From positions 32,001-96,000 of IMG/VR virus record IMGVR_UViG_3300032243_001145: a stretch of DNA of 64,000 nucleotides; one strand, given 5' to 3'. A model generated the notes under the pieces. That model did no database searches. It was not told the origin of the DNA and saw only the letters and a list, made by a program, of their open reading frames with translations. Both the position numbers and the translations under genes were made by a program. Below, piece after piece: positions 19,266-32,200 of the stretch (position 1 is its first letter; every line of letters begins with the position of its first letter). The stretch is from a virus (taxonomy: Duplodnaviria > Caudoviricetes).

Positions 19266-22200
19266 TCACGAAACATAAATCGACCTACAAACTACTGTTG
19301 TTGTGGGCGAGGAAGCATTGTCATATGTGCTATCTAATGAAAGAATTACAAACCTGCTTCTGTTGTATCCCGCTGGTATGGTTAAGTCTTCAGAGGAATA
19401 TATGTGTTTTGACGGATAGGATACCTCTATGATATCTCCAACCTGTAGTATCGGGTTAACAAATATTTGCATAGTCAAAACTTTTTGCTGCATGGACCAT
19501 TGGTTTGTCATCCATTCGGCTAGCTCTTTAGCCTCATCTTCTTTTTGTATCCACGTTGATTCAAATCCAACCTGGTCCTGTTTTTCTTCATCGGTTAATC
19601 CTGGCTTCATGTATTCAAACTGATTTGAATTGTCTATAAAATCTCCGACTACAATAAAGTCTTTAGTCTTTCCGTCCGATAGGCTGGTAAATGCGCCAGT
19701 ATTATTCAGTACAAAAGTATCTATAGTAAATGTGTCAAATGCTGATCCTACGACTGTTACTGTGTCATTATTTATTAGTTGCGTGTATTGAGGAAATCCT
19801 GGGTTAGCAAATCTTCCTTTAATTCTTCTAAGCTCCCTAGCTACTGGACCAAATTCTTTTAGCCACGAAATGCTATCTGTTGGTGTGACTCCTTCTCCAA
19901 AAACAAAATCTCCAAAAGTTTTTATTACAGAGGATCCAGCTCCAAGAAGTCCTTTGTATAAATCATAATCTTGTCCTGATAAAAATTCTTCTTTGGTTAT
20001 TGACGTTGTGTATATATAATCAAATACGGAAATTCCTTGCAAGGAAAGAAGTCCGACTTTTTCTGGTACGCTGGTTGCGTCTGTATCTATCACACCTATA
20101 ACTTTATTGTTGATTGATATTTTAAGAGCAAGTGCTTTTTTTGTTCCGTTTTCTGGGATAGACCAGTTTGCCTTTATATCAATTTTATAAAGTTGGCCTC
20201 CATTTATATTTGTTATTATTGTTCCATCTGCTTCTTTTTGTGATGTTATTAACTTTTCTGGTATTCCGTTTTTTATTTTATAAAAATTAACGTCTCTGTA
20301 TCCCTTTTCTACATTTGCATTTTGCGAGGTTCCGATTGTTAAAAGGTATCCGCTTTTGTTATCAGCGCTTAAACCAAATGCAAGTCCAGCTATTGTTGGT
20401 TGATTCCCTGTTGGTAGCTTGGATATGGGATCTACTCTATATGGAAAATACATATTAGTTCCAATTGCAAAGCTGTCGTTGCTTGTTGGTGTGACTGTTC
20501 CTAAAAACTCTGCTTGAGCTTTTGGTGTGACAAGTCTGTATGATGTGTTTTTAACTGGTATCGTTGGGTTTGTGATTTTAGTTGCTGGGTCTTCATTTGT
20601 TTTTAATTGAACCTCTGGGGCAAAGATTGTCATCATCGATAAAGGAATAGAAGCAAAAAGATTATTGGGGTTATTTATATATTTACCGCTGGCGTCTTTT
20701 TCAACTTTAATCTTTTTTAATGTAAAGACTGCATCTGAGCTATCTGAAACAAAATTTCCAGTAACCGAGTCCCATTTAAATCCATCCCATTCTGCTTTAA
20801 GAGCATCAGTATCAACATTGTGCACCAATGCTCCCTCTTCGCCAAGCTTAATAACATCAAAAGCATTTCTGGTCTTTATTCTATATTCTCCAGTAGGCTT
20901 AAATGTATTTGGTTTTCCTAAACCTTGATATTTTTGAACATCAGATTCAGATGTTATCCATATCGGTACCGAGCCCACATCTGAGTTAATGCTTTGATAT
21001 TCATACCTGATTGCATCGTATTCAATAATTTCTTTTTCTACAACAAGGTATCCAGAGTATGAATAAAATTGCTGCTCTACTCCAGATATTACAATTGGCT
21101 CTAAAAACAAAGATCCCTTTGGCGCATCTGCTTCTAACCCAACTATTTTGTTGTCAGCTTTAACGTTTTCTGTAAGTGCTGCTGCTCCTAAAGTAACTAC
21201 TGGTGATTTGTATAACGGTTCAGAATTTATTACATATGATGAGCTTAGCTGTGGGCTGTATAGAACTTTTATACTTTTTACAGATGGCACATTATCAATA
21301 GAAATAGAAGATATGTTTGGTAGTTTAGTTAATTTTGTATCATATCTAAATGAAGCTTGAGGCAACTTTGTTGAAGAAAATAGATAGCTTCTTGGATAGA
21401 ATTGAAGCTTATCATTTTCATCAAATATTGCTACGGTTTGAGTATCTTTACACAAATCCTGAATCAATTGCCAAACCGTTTTTTCTTTATCTGTGTACCA
21501 GTAGTATGGCGTCACAGTATCTTTACTGTTTTCTGGTATATTAAAATTATAATTTGTAAATCCAATTGAATCTAGCAGTCTTCTAATGATTGCAACTGAG
21601 GACATGTCCTTTGTTACAATGTCTGGTGGCTTAATATACTGCAGCTCTCTTGCTCCGTCTAATCCAGAAATATTTATCTCTCCAAATTCATCAACAGAAT
21701 AAGAGTCTAAGTAAAATACACCTAGATTAATTATTTCCATATCTATTCTGACATATGGTTTTATTATAATGTTTTTGTATAAACTTATTTTATTTTTGTC
21801 AAAAGCATTAACCTTATCATAGTGGTCATAGTTTTTATCATAAGCATTTAAAGATAGATTTATTGAGTTTGCTGTAACATCTCCTACTGGGACTAGCCCA
21901 TCAACCTTGTCAGATGAGTTTGCAGATATGTTAAATGACTCAGTTCTTTCCGTTACATCAATAACATACCTAGCTGATAGTTCTATCACTCCAACAAATG
22001 CCCCAGCAATACTATTCTTTTTAATCTCTAATTCTAATTTATTTATGTCAATAGATTTAGTTGTGTCTAAGTCTAGGGCTACTGCTGTCCATGTTGGAAG
22101 CCCATTGTAATATAAATTAACAACTCCATCTGTTGGACATGTTGTTCCGCTATATATTGTTGATTTAACTCCTTCTGCATTTGTTACCTTTAAATTCCAT

Positions 22201-22745
22201 TCGGTTGGAATGGAGTGAGCTGTTTCAAACTTAACTACAATTTTATTGCAGGCAGCTTTTTTATCTATTGGATATGTTGCGGTTATTATGCAATCAGATA
22301 ATTCTTTTGATGAGTTTGATGCACGAGATACCCAATATTTATATGGGGCTTGAGCGCTAGAAAAATATAATCTGGTCGGAAAAGTTTTTTCTGATGAGTA
22401 GGTTTTATAGTCTCCGACATTAGACTTTAATGTACCAGCACGTTTAACTGTACCGTCTGCATTAAGCTCTGTCTGCAGGCTTGGATCTCCATCTACCATA
22501 TACTGAATTCCAGAAACTTTTGGTCTTCTTGGATCAATTATACTACTCAGTGGAAATATTTTTTCAAATGGCTTATAGGTATATCCATTAATAGTTTTTG
22601 ATGCATAGTCTGCACCTGCAGATGCAGCTATTGATTTTGTTGCAATTAAATCATTCATATTATATTCAAGTGTACATCCATTTGTCATTTTAATAGATGC
22701 GTTTGTATCTAAATAGGTAGATAGCCCAGCTGATGCAGTAATCAT
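19266..22745 (-). CDS. Large minor tail protein (Tal/hub-like)
   Basis: Second gene after the tape measure; LGVFYLD...DGARELQ and NPILQVGDII hub-like motifs. Confidence 0.75.
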   Translation of the reverse strand: MITASAGLSTYLDTNASIKMTNGCTLEYNMNDLIATKSIAASAGADYASKTINGYTYKPFEKIFPLSSIIDPRRPKVSGIQYMVDGDPSLQTELNADGTVKRAGTLKSNVGDYKTYSSEKTFPTRLYFSSAQAPYKYWVSRASNSSKELSDCIITATYPIDKKAACNKIVVKFETAHSIPTEWNLKVTNAEGVKSTIYSGTTCPTDGVVNLYYNGLPTWTAVALDLDTTKSIDINKLELEIKKNSIAGAFVGVIELSARYVIDVTERTESFNISANSSDKVDGLVPVGDVTANSINLSLNAYDKNYDHYDKVNAFDKNKISLYKNIIIKPYVRIDMEIINLGVFYLDSYSVDEFGEINISGLDGARELQYIKPPDIVTKDMSSVAIIRRLLDSIGFTNYNFNIPENSKDTVTPYYWYTDKEKTVWQLIQDLCKDTQTVAIFDENDKLQFYPRSYLFSSTKLPQASFRYDTKLTKLPNISSISIDNVPSVKSIKVLYSPQLSSSYVINSEPLYKSPVVTLGAAALTENVKADNKIVGLEADAPKGSLFLEPIVISGVEQQFYSYSGYLVVEKEIIEYDAIRYEYQSINSDVGSVPIWITSESDVQKYQGLGKPNTFKPTGEYRIKTRNAFDVIKLGEEGALVHNVDTDALKAEWDGFKWDSVTGNFVSDSSDAVFTLKKIKVEKDASGKYINNPNNLFASIPLSMMTIFAPEVQLKTNEDPATKITNPTIPVKNTSYRLVTPKAQAEFLGTVTPTSNDSFAIGTNMYFPYRVDPISKLPTGNQPTIAGLAFGLSADNKSGYLLTIGTSQNANVEKGYRDVNFYKIKNGIPEKLITSQKEADGTIITNINGGQLYKIDIKANWSIPENGTKKALALKISINNKVIGVIDTDATSVPEKVGLLSLQGISVFDYIYTTSITKEEFLSGQDYDLYKGLLGAGSSVIKTFGDFVFGEGVTPTDSISWLKEFGPVARELRRIKGRFANPGFPQYTQLINNDTVTVVGSAFDTFTIDTFVLNNTGAFTSLSDGKTKDFIVVGDFIDNSNQFEYMKPGLTDEEKQDQVGFESTWIQKEDEAKELAEWMTNQWSMQQKVLTMQIFVNPILQVGDIIEVSYPSKHIYSSEDLTIPAGYNRSRFVILSLDSTYDNASSPTTTVVCRSIYVS

Positions 22746-23206
22746 TAAACTTCTTCCAGTGTTATAGAAACATCCCAAAATTCTTGAGGTATTATTTGAT
22801 CATTCATCTTTACATTTCTTTTTTTCATAGTAAAGGTAGCAGAATTAAATGACATTAACATTATTTTTTCTCTTTCAGAAACACCGTTTGGTGAAAACTT
22901 TACTTTAACAACGCCTTGGCCAACCGTTTCATAAAAATTTTTAATATCCATTGCTCCCCATTGAAGATCTACCGTCATTAATGAATTACTTGGTAAATCT
23001 GTCCAGCTAACAGCTAAAGTACTTTTGTCAGCAATAAATACTTTTCTAAGTGTTCCATTAGACATTCTTTGAGATTTTTCAATTCTTGTTGTATCTAGGG
23101 TTGCACTTGATCTATTGTGCTCGCTAAGTGCCTGCCAAGATGTAACAACTCCCACAGTTTTTTCAAAAAATATAAGTGACCCTACTGGTAAAATTATGGC
23201 TGCCAT
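22745..23206 (-). CDS. Distal tail (Dit-like) protein
   Basis: Directly after the tape measure; RMSNGTLRK...WDVSITLEEV. Confidence 0.7.
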   Translation of the reverse strand: MAAIILPVGSLIFFEKTVGVVTSWQALSEHNRSSATLDTTRIEKSQRMSNGTLRKVFIADKSTLAVSWTDLPSNSLMTVDLQWGAMDIKNFYETVGQGVVKVKFSPNGVSEREKIMLMSFNSATFTMKKRNVKMNDQIIPQEFWDVSITLEEV

Positions 23207-26200
23207 TATTTAATACCTACCGTCATTGTTGGCCCAGTCATTTTAGCGGTACGAGCATCAAGAGTTTTTATTGCTGTAATTGTTTTTTGTGTAACCATGC
23301 TAGACAATTGCTCCAAATCTCCATCATATCCATTAATATTATTTGTAATATTATACACGCCTCCACTCATTGTAGCATTGTTAGCGTTTGGATTAAAAGG
23401 ATTCATGTTGGCTGGGATTACAGCTTCATTTTTATGAAGCATAGCAAGCATGTTAGCTGGAACGTTATTTATTCCAGTTTGAAATTTAGGTATTGCAAGA
23501 CCGCCATTTGAAAACTTTTGAAGAATAGAATCTGGGTAGGCATTATAATTAAATGTCATAAAGTCTTTTGTATCTCTTCTGTTCATTTTGCCATTTTTAA
23601 ATCCCGTATCTCCATTACGAGTCAAAAAGAATTTTTCTATTGTATTTTGCAACATCTCAAATACAGTTGGAATATTAGTTCCAGGCAAGTCTAGTTTTTG
23701 AGCAGTGGTGCCAATTCCACCATTTGGATAATAATAAAAGGGTTCTCCGTATGGTCTATCAATTACATTCTTAACGGTTGCATCTGCCACTTTGTTTCCT
23801 GCAACGCTAGTTACTGGAAAATCTTCTAATTCAAATATCTCATCGCCAGATGACATTGCTTTTGCCCAAGTCTTACCGCCCCATTTAAACATATTATATA
23901 CTCCATTAGAGGCGGCAATAGAAATTCCACTTCTTGTTCTTTGCTTGGGTATTTGGTTTGTAGCAGTTTGCAATGTTCCAGAGTTAAATTCTTTAAATGG
24001 AATAAGAGGGTATGCATACTCAATATGATCTATTACTGTTTGTTTAGGATTATAAAATTTTTCTCCTTCTGGCCAGTAATTTGGAATTGTTGGCTTGTCC
24101 CATGGGTCTTCTTGCGTGTCGTAGTTATTCCCGCCAGGCTGATCTGTGTTTTTATCTGTGTTTTTGTCGGGATTAAATGGAAGAATAATCATTCCATCAT
24201 CTTGCCCTGGTAACTTGGAGTAGTACTCGTTTGTATTATTTGGATCTGTGCCAAATGGTTTATCTGGATTATATTTTGTCATTCTTTGATGTAATTTATT
24301 ATTTATATCAAAGGTATATTTTGGGTGACCCCAATCAGATTTATTTATTGCGGAGTAAAATTCTTTAAGATCTGTTGATTTACTATTTGTAAGTGCTGAG
24401 ATTATGTCTTCGTATCCGTGATTAGGAAATTTTAATGTTTGAAGAACTGCATCTAGTCCTTGATCCCATGATGTATATGCTTGAACTCCAGTTCCAGTTT
24501 GTGCGTTGACTGTATTTACTTTTGTAGATCCTGGCATTTCTAATGTTGTATTTAATGGATTATACAAAGCTCTATTTTGCCAATGTCCACCCTCTTGCAT
24601 TGCCCATGCCTGAATTCCACCCAATAGGTTTTCGGTTGGTGTTCCACCTAAAGCTGTAATTAATGCAACTCCAAAATCATGCGGGGTTCTGATTTCAAGT
24701 GCTTTATTTTTTACTGATGGCTTACCAGATATCTTGAGGCCTAAAATTTTTGCATAATCTGTATTTAAAAGATCTGGCATTGCTGTTTGAGCATTTTCAT
24801 CAAATTTATTTGACTTTAATTGAAAGTTGGACAAATCTGCAACCATTGCTTTTGCTTTTGCTGTATCGCCAAAAAGATCTCCTGGTGTAACTCCAAAATA
24901 ATCAGCTAGTCCTATGTCAGTATTTTTATTTTTAAATCCTTGAAGATAAGCTGCAAATCTAATATTGCTATCTTGAGGATGACTATCATCAGTATGTGGA
25001 TCAATGTCAGTATTTGTTTTAGAAAGATCTGGCGCAGCTTTTGTGTAATGTGCTTTTAAATATTTTGTAACTGATTCTGATTTTACAATATTGTTCATGT
25101 AGCCAGCATTAAACATTTCTGACATTATCTGCCCAGATAGGAGATCGGCATTTATCTCGTTTAACATATCGTAATACTGTTTTCCATCTCCTTCGTTTTT
25201 TAAAGGTTTACCAAATTTATCTTTAAACAACTTAGAACTAATTCGATCATTTCCAAAAATGCCACTTTCTTTTAATCTTGTCACCATTGAATGTCCAAAT
25301 TCGTGATTAAGTATGCTAAGCAAACTCATCTTAGATTCGTCATTAGTTAAAATTTGTTTATTTATATACTCAGAATATGTTTTAAAATCAAAATTTTTTT
25401 TAGCTCCTGGAATAGGTTGATATTTTAAATGTTGATTGTTTTTATCTGGAAGTATGATATTCGGTAAATTTGCTTGTGTGCTAGTAGGCTGCACGTAAAG
25501 CATTGTTCCAACTGGGTCGTTAATATCACGCCACGAAAATCCAGGCTCTCCGCCCATCATAGATAGCCAGTTTCTTGGATCTGTAACTTCTAAATCTGTA
25601 ACTATAGGAGTTTCAAGCAAACTTGGCTTACCATTCATTTTAAATAAATTTTGATATTTAGCGCCATAATAAGTATTAAGGAGCCCAACCCATGAGTGCA
25701 TAAATTCAGAAACTTTTTTTTCGCTATCCGTAAATTTTCCAGATAGAACATCTTTGGTTTGGTCTATCGTGTCATTGCCACCAACATTTTTATATACACT
25801 TTCATGATATGGATTATATATATCTAATCTATTTATATTAGGTACTAGTCCGCCTTCAGCATACTTACGTTTTTTCTTACCAAAATAATGACTATAGATG
25901 TCTGGTATAGACGATGGAATATTAGCAAGTAGTGCTTCTGTCATTCCAGGCAAATCTTTCATTCCAGCTTGAGCCCATATTTTATTCCATGGAAGAATTT
26001 TAGGATAAAGATTTAGAGCAGACATTGCTGCTCTTCCCATTATTTTTCCGTATGCGCCAGCTTTATTTCCTTTTTGATATTCAAGTATTGCTTTTTGATA
26101 CATGTCTTCATCTTCTGCACTCATCCAATTAGTTTTGCCAAATGCTGAGCCTGCTAAATACTTACCGCTATTTATTGTAGATTGAAGCATTTCGTAACCT

Positions 26201-29200
26201 AATGATCCTAGGTCTTGCATTCCTCTGCCAAGCAATCCAAATGGTCCGCCCATTGATTCACCTGTAGATGTTGCTGTTGTATCTACTTGATTTGATAAAA
26301 AGTTATTTACTATTCCGCCATCTGCAAATTTTTGTGCGTTAAGATTGTCAAAATGCTGTATTCCATATTTTCTTACAGCTTTTTCTTTAATTACATATTC
26401 ACCATTTGAAAGTAATGCTGGAATAGAATCAGATGTTCCTGTTCCTGGGCCAACTACCTTGCCTCCAGTTTCATATGATTTAACCTTTTCTCCTCCGCCA
26501 GGAAGTGGACTAAACCATCTTCCAACTACTGCTTTGTCTCTTGTTACACTTCCATTATGATGAAAAATAAGATCTCCAACTACATAAGAAGGCTTATTAT
26601 TATTTTTTTGAAGAAAAAGCATTTGTGCTTGTAAAAGATTTATAAATTCTCTATTTGACATTCCGCTTAATGGAAGTATGAACTCAGCTAATGACCCAGG
26701 CTGTTCATATGGCATTGACATAAATTGTTTTTCGGTTATTTTTGCGCCTGCTGCATTAGAATATTCATAAGGATTATTTTTTGTTCCTGCGCCAGTTCTT
26801 TTTCCTGCAAGGTTTGAAGGATCTGCAACTGCGCCTGCTGTAGCAACTTGAGCACCACCTACTTTTTTACTATTAATATATAAATCACCATTTACAACTA
26901 ATCCAGCTTTAATGAGAGAAGTTTCAAGTGCACTCATTAGCCCTGTTGCTGCATCTACTCCAGGTTTTCCAGTGGCAGGATCTACTGGGTAAGGAGTTAA
27001 ATTTACTTTTATTGCAGTTGCTGCTTCGGTAATTGCTGCAAGCATTGAGGTTGCTTCAGGTGATGTTTTCCATTTTGCTAAATCATCTTTATGAGCATCA
27101 ATAGCAGTTCTGTAATTGGCCATTGCTGTAATTAATTTTGTTATTGCACTTTCTTCATCATCAATCTTTTTTGATACGTCTCCAAATTTTTCAGAAGCAT
27201 AGGCAGCTGCATCTGCTACATCTTGTTGCTTCTTTTGTATTAATTCAATTTGTTTTAAAAGAGGTGCATTTTTTAAAGTAGTTGCATCTTCAATTGCTTT
27301 AACTTGTGCATTGTACTGTAAATCACTTTGTAATCCTTGCATGTCCAAGCTTGCTTGTTGTGCATCTGCTGTATTACCTGTAGCAAGTGCGGCTTGATAT
27401 CTTGCTTGAGCTTTTGCAATCTCTCTTCCAATATCTCCTTCTTTTTTAGCAGCATCTAAAGCTTTTATTCTTGCGTCTGCTAATTTATTATTAGCATCAA
27501 TTTGTTTTTGTAGAGCAGATAATTTATCTCTATCTGATATTTGTTGAGCTACAGATTGGCCTTTCATTGCTTTTGTATATTTTTCTTGAAGCTGCTTTAA
27601 TCCATCTAAATGCTTATATTGTTTTTGTAAGAATCCATTTTTTGCAACGCTTTCAATAGATTTAGTTATTGCAATATTAAAACGATATACCTGATCTGTT
27701 TGAGCTGCCGATAATCCACGCATATCTAAAGTAAATCCTTTTGCAATTAATCTTTGTTTTTGCATAAGAGATATATTTGTATCATGCAAATCAGCAATTT
27801 CACGCAATACTGGATTTGTTTTTTCCATTTCCTTGAGTGTAGCTTGACTTACAGTTTTTTGATAACGTTGTGCTTTTGATATTTTTTCTATAGCAGCAAC
27901 TTCTGCATCTAACATAATTACATTTTTATCTGCAGTGCTGATGAATGTAGGCTTTGTTTTATCTTTTTTTCTCTTTTTAAGTGCTTCTGCTTGCTGTTCC
28001 TCAATTGCAGTTAATATAGCAGAGTTAGCTGTAATAAAAGCATTTGCTTGTTCTGTTCCATCTCTACCCTCATGAACTGTTTTGTTATAAAGTTTTATGG
28101 CTGCAGCTGCTGCATCTACAGATGTTTTAATCTTATTAAATCCTTCTGATGAAACTGTGTATAAGCTAGCTGATGATGAAAAATTCTTTGAAACAGTATA
28201 CATTGCATAAATCTTTTTTGTTGCTTCTTCCGAACTCATTCCCATGCCAATAAACATTGTCTTTAATCTTTCGGCTAATGCAATTTGATCATCTGCGCTT
28301 GTTTTATCAATTAATTTTATTTGATCTGCAAAATCAGTTTTTACGGTTTTCTTTAATTTTTTAAATTCTGCAATTGTTATTTTTAAAGGGGTGCCTGATC
28401 CAGTCATACTCTGATAGAGTAATTGATTTTGTTGTCTTACGGCTTTTGCTGTTTCTACAGATTCTTTTAATGATTTATTAAAGTCTCTAAATCTTAAGCC
28501 TGCTTTTTTTGCAGCCTCTTCTGTCATTCCGTAGCCTAATGCATTTAGGCGCATGCTTTCTGTATTTGCATCCCACCTATTTTTAGCAAATAATAATCCG
28601 CCTATAACAACTGCAGATATTAAATTAAATCTTGTTAAACCTAAGCCTACCTTAGATATCATTGAACCAAATTTAGTTCCACTTGATTCTGCTTTTGCTA
28701 AAGCAGTACCAAATTTTGTCATTTCTCCTGGATTTTTATTTGAGAATGCTAATGGCGTTGTTGTTTTTCCCAAGCCAACTTTTGTTAACCCTCTGCCAAT
28801 TATGCCCTTTGTGCTCCCACCTAATGATGGACTTAGCATCATTGGCAACATATACCCAGCTTGTTGAACTATCATTGATAATAATGGGTTTGTAATTTTT
28901 GAAGCTATCATATTTGCAATTGCTGAAATGCCAAGGCCTGCAACTATTTGTCCACCAATACCGTAGTTATTAGGAACTATTCCTCCTGCGTTTCTTGGAA
29001 CAAATAGTTCTGGTCCTTTTTCTCCAACAATGTAAGGTTGACCAGCATTAACTGGTCCGCCTGCAGCTCTTCCTTCAAGACTAAATATAAGCTTTTTTAA
29101 AGTTTCTGTTAATGGAGTATCTTTTCTGGATTCCCAATTTAAATATTTTGTTTTTAATATTTCTTTATCTATTGGAGAAAGCTGTTTTAATACAAATTTG

Positions 29201-32200
29201 TCTCCAATCATATCTGATGCGGCAGATCTTATAACGGCATCTAATGCATCTGGTTCAATACCACGCTTTAAAGTTCCATCTGCCATGTGCACGTAGCCAT
29301 AAGGTTTTTCTTTTGCTAATGCTGCTGCAAATTTATCATAAAATAATTTTTGAGTATATTTTCTTAAACCTGTGCTTGCAAATAAAGTTTCGGCCATTTT
29401 AATAGATAATGAATTTACACCCCATGGAGCTGACTCAAAAGTGCTTGGCTTGGGTTCCCCTGTTGGTCCATATCCAGCACCAATTCTTTTCATTGCTTTT
29501 CCTTTAAGAACATTTCCAAGCAATCCTCCAATTCCAAATTGATTTGTGGGTGATCCATTAAATAATCTTTGAGCAAATTTTCCTGAAATTTCTCCGCCAG
29601 AATTTCTTCTAATAATTTTAAGTGCGTGACTTACTCCGCTAGAAGTAGTAAGTAATGTGGCAAGATTTGTGCCTCTAGCCCAAGCAGGAACTCTAGAACC
29701 TATTGTTCTATTTTCACTAACCCAAGTTAATCTTCCATCTCTTCTTTTAACTATTTGACCTTTTTGAGATGATCCTGATATTGACCCTGATATTAATCCA
29801 CGTCGTATTGCATCGTCTTTAGTTAAAACTTCTTTTGCTCTAGTAGTAAATATTTGAGAAATTGCAGAATATAGATTTCTTCTTCCGCCTGCTTTTGATG
29901 AATCAATTTTTATTCCACGCAGGGCTGGTGCAAATATTTCTTTAGCTAATTGCTCAAAACCAAATGGATTTCCTTTTCCACCAATCATCTTGCCTGCATA
30001 TTCTGGACTTTCTAATTTAGCAATTAATTCTTGAAGTGCAACTGAATTTCTTCTTTGTGCTTGCTCAAAATCGCCGCCTAATGTTACTGCAGCTTCGTTC
30101 ATTAAACTACTTGGATCTATTCCAGCGTCTAGGGTTTTTCTTATTAAATTTGCTATCTGACTTCCATAAAGACCGCTACCATTAGAATTTACTCCAAGAT
30201 TTAATTCTCTTGGTAATAATAATGCCATGCCACTAAGATCTTCTGTAATATGTGTTCTTTGTAATGCTAATTTTTTATTTTCTAATAATCCACCACGTAT
30301 ATGCATTCCACTGCCTGAAGTATTTCCTACTCCGCCATTTAATTGGTACATTAAAGGCATATTTTTTTGAGCAAAGCTTGCTGGGATTACGGCTTCTCCA
30401 GGGGTTAATACTACTGGTACCTGACCGCCTTCTTGTGCATAATAAGATTTGCTTCCAAGTATATTAGTTATAAGAGGCAAATGCTTTTGAGTAGCAGCTT
30501 TATTAATTACAAATGATCCAGGCTCGGCTGTTGTGTGATAGGTATCTGTGTTTCCAGTCCCTGGAACAATTCCACCTTTGTTAAGTCTAGGTTTTGTTGT
30601 TTCTATATTATATCCAGCTCCAGAAGTTCTTACTCCTGCAAGAGCTCTTGCAATTCTATCCACCATTTCTCTTGTAGGGCCTTTATGAAACATTTCTTTC
30701 ATATTTGCTTTTCCAGTTACTGGATCAACTACTGGCTGTGAAGTTAAAGGAACAGTTGTTAAATTAGCTGTTCTTCCCATACTTGTTGCTGTCATTGCCG
30801 CTGTTTCTGCAAGCATTGCTTCTACTGTTGCATTTAATGAAATAATTTTTGCTCTTGCTGCTTCAACAGTTATTTTATTTGCTTGAACTTCAGCTACAAT
30901 TGCTTGTACTTCTTGTGCTGCCAATTCTGTTATTTGACTAAACTCTGGCAGCAATGCTTGATATGAATCAGATAAACTTGCTGTAATAGTTCCTGTTGCC
31001 ATAACTTCTTTTTTAAGTATTGCAAGTTCTTCTTCAGACTGCATTGAAATTGCAGCTGTCATTGAATGCCATTTAGCAGCTTCAGATGCAACAATTCCTG
31101 TTGATACTCCACCTATTGATGTAAGCCCTGGAATCTTTGGAAGATCTTGATTCATATAAGCTTGTGGATTTCTACCAACTCTTATATTTACTGGCTTTGC
31201 TCCTGGCACTGTTCCAAATATTGTTCCTGCTTGTGGATTTCCTGATGGAATTAGATGAGACATATCTCTAGAATATGGAGATCCAACTAGTGGGTGATCT
31301 TTATCTACAACTCTTCCGCTTCCAGGTGTCCCTGCCATAATGACTCCACCTGCAACTGTTGAAACTGCTGGCTGAACTGAAACTTTTGCTGCATTTGCTT
31401 TTGTTTCTAAATTTATAAAAGATTCAGCTAATGTGTTTACTGCATTTGATAAAACAATTGTTGCTTCTGAATCTGAATAAAAAGATGTTGCTAAACCTTT
31501 TGCAGCTGCATCAGCAGCCATAATTTCAGGAGTTAATAGTTTAAACCCTTGTCCGCCTTTTGCAAGTTGTCTTAAATGAAATATTCCTTTTACAACATAA
31601 CCAATAAAGTTACCCATAACACCAGCCATCATAATAAGTGGCCCAGCAATTGCTGTTAATCCACCCAGAACATTAAGGAATGTTTTAACTGGTCCTGGAA
31701 GATGTTGAAAAAATTTAACAATTGCGTCTACAACTTTTAATACCTTTGTACTTATTTTTAAGAACTGCTCGCCAGTTGAAGCTAGGTCTGCTTGAACTGA
31801 AGCTAAAGCTCTTTTAAATTGACCAGACGCAGACTCTGTCATTAATTTTAATTCTCGTTCTGATATGCTTGCAAGGTCTGAAGCACTTGCTTTCATAAGG
31901 TCCATTACTTGAAGTGTTTGAGAGCCTTGCTTGCCTAAGTTTTCAAACAATGCAGACATTCTTGCAAACTGGAATTTTCCAAATAGCTGTTCAATTGCTC
32001 TTGATTTATCTAGCGGGTTAAGTTGATCTAAAGCTGATTGCAAATCTAATATTGTTTGAGTTAGGTCTCCTGCATCTTTTGTTACAATTCCTCGTAAATC
32101 AATTCCAAATCCTGAGAACAATTCTGTTGCAACTTTAGTTGGATTAATAAGTGATGCCATTGCTGATTTAATTGCATTTGCACCTTCTGCAGCGTTTACT

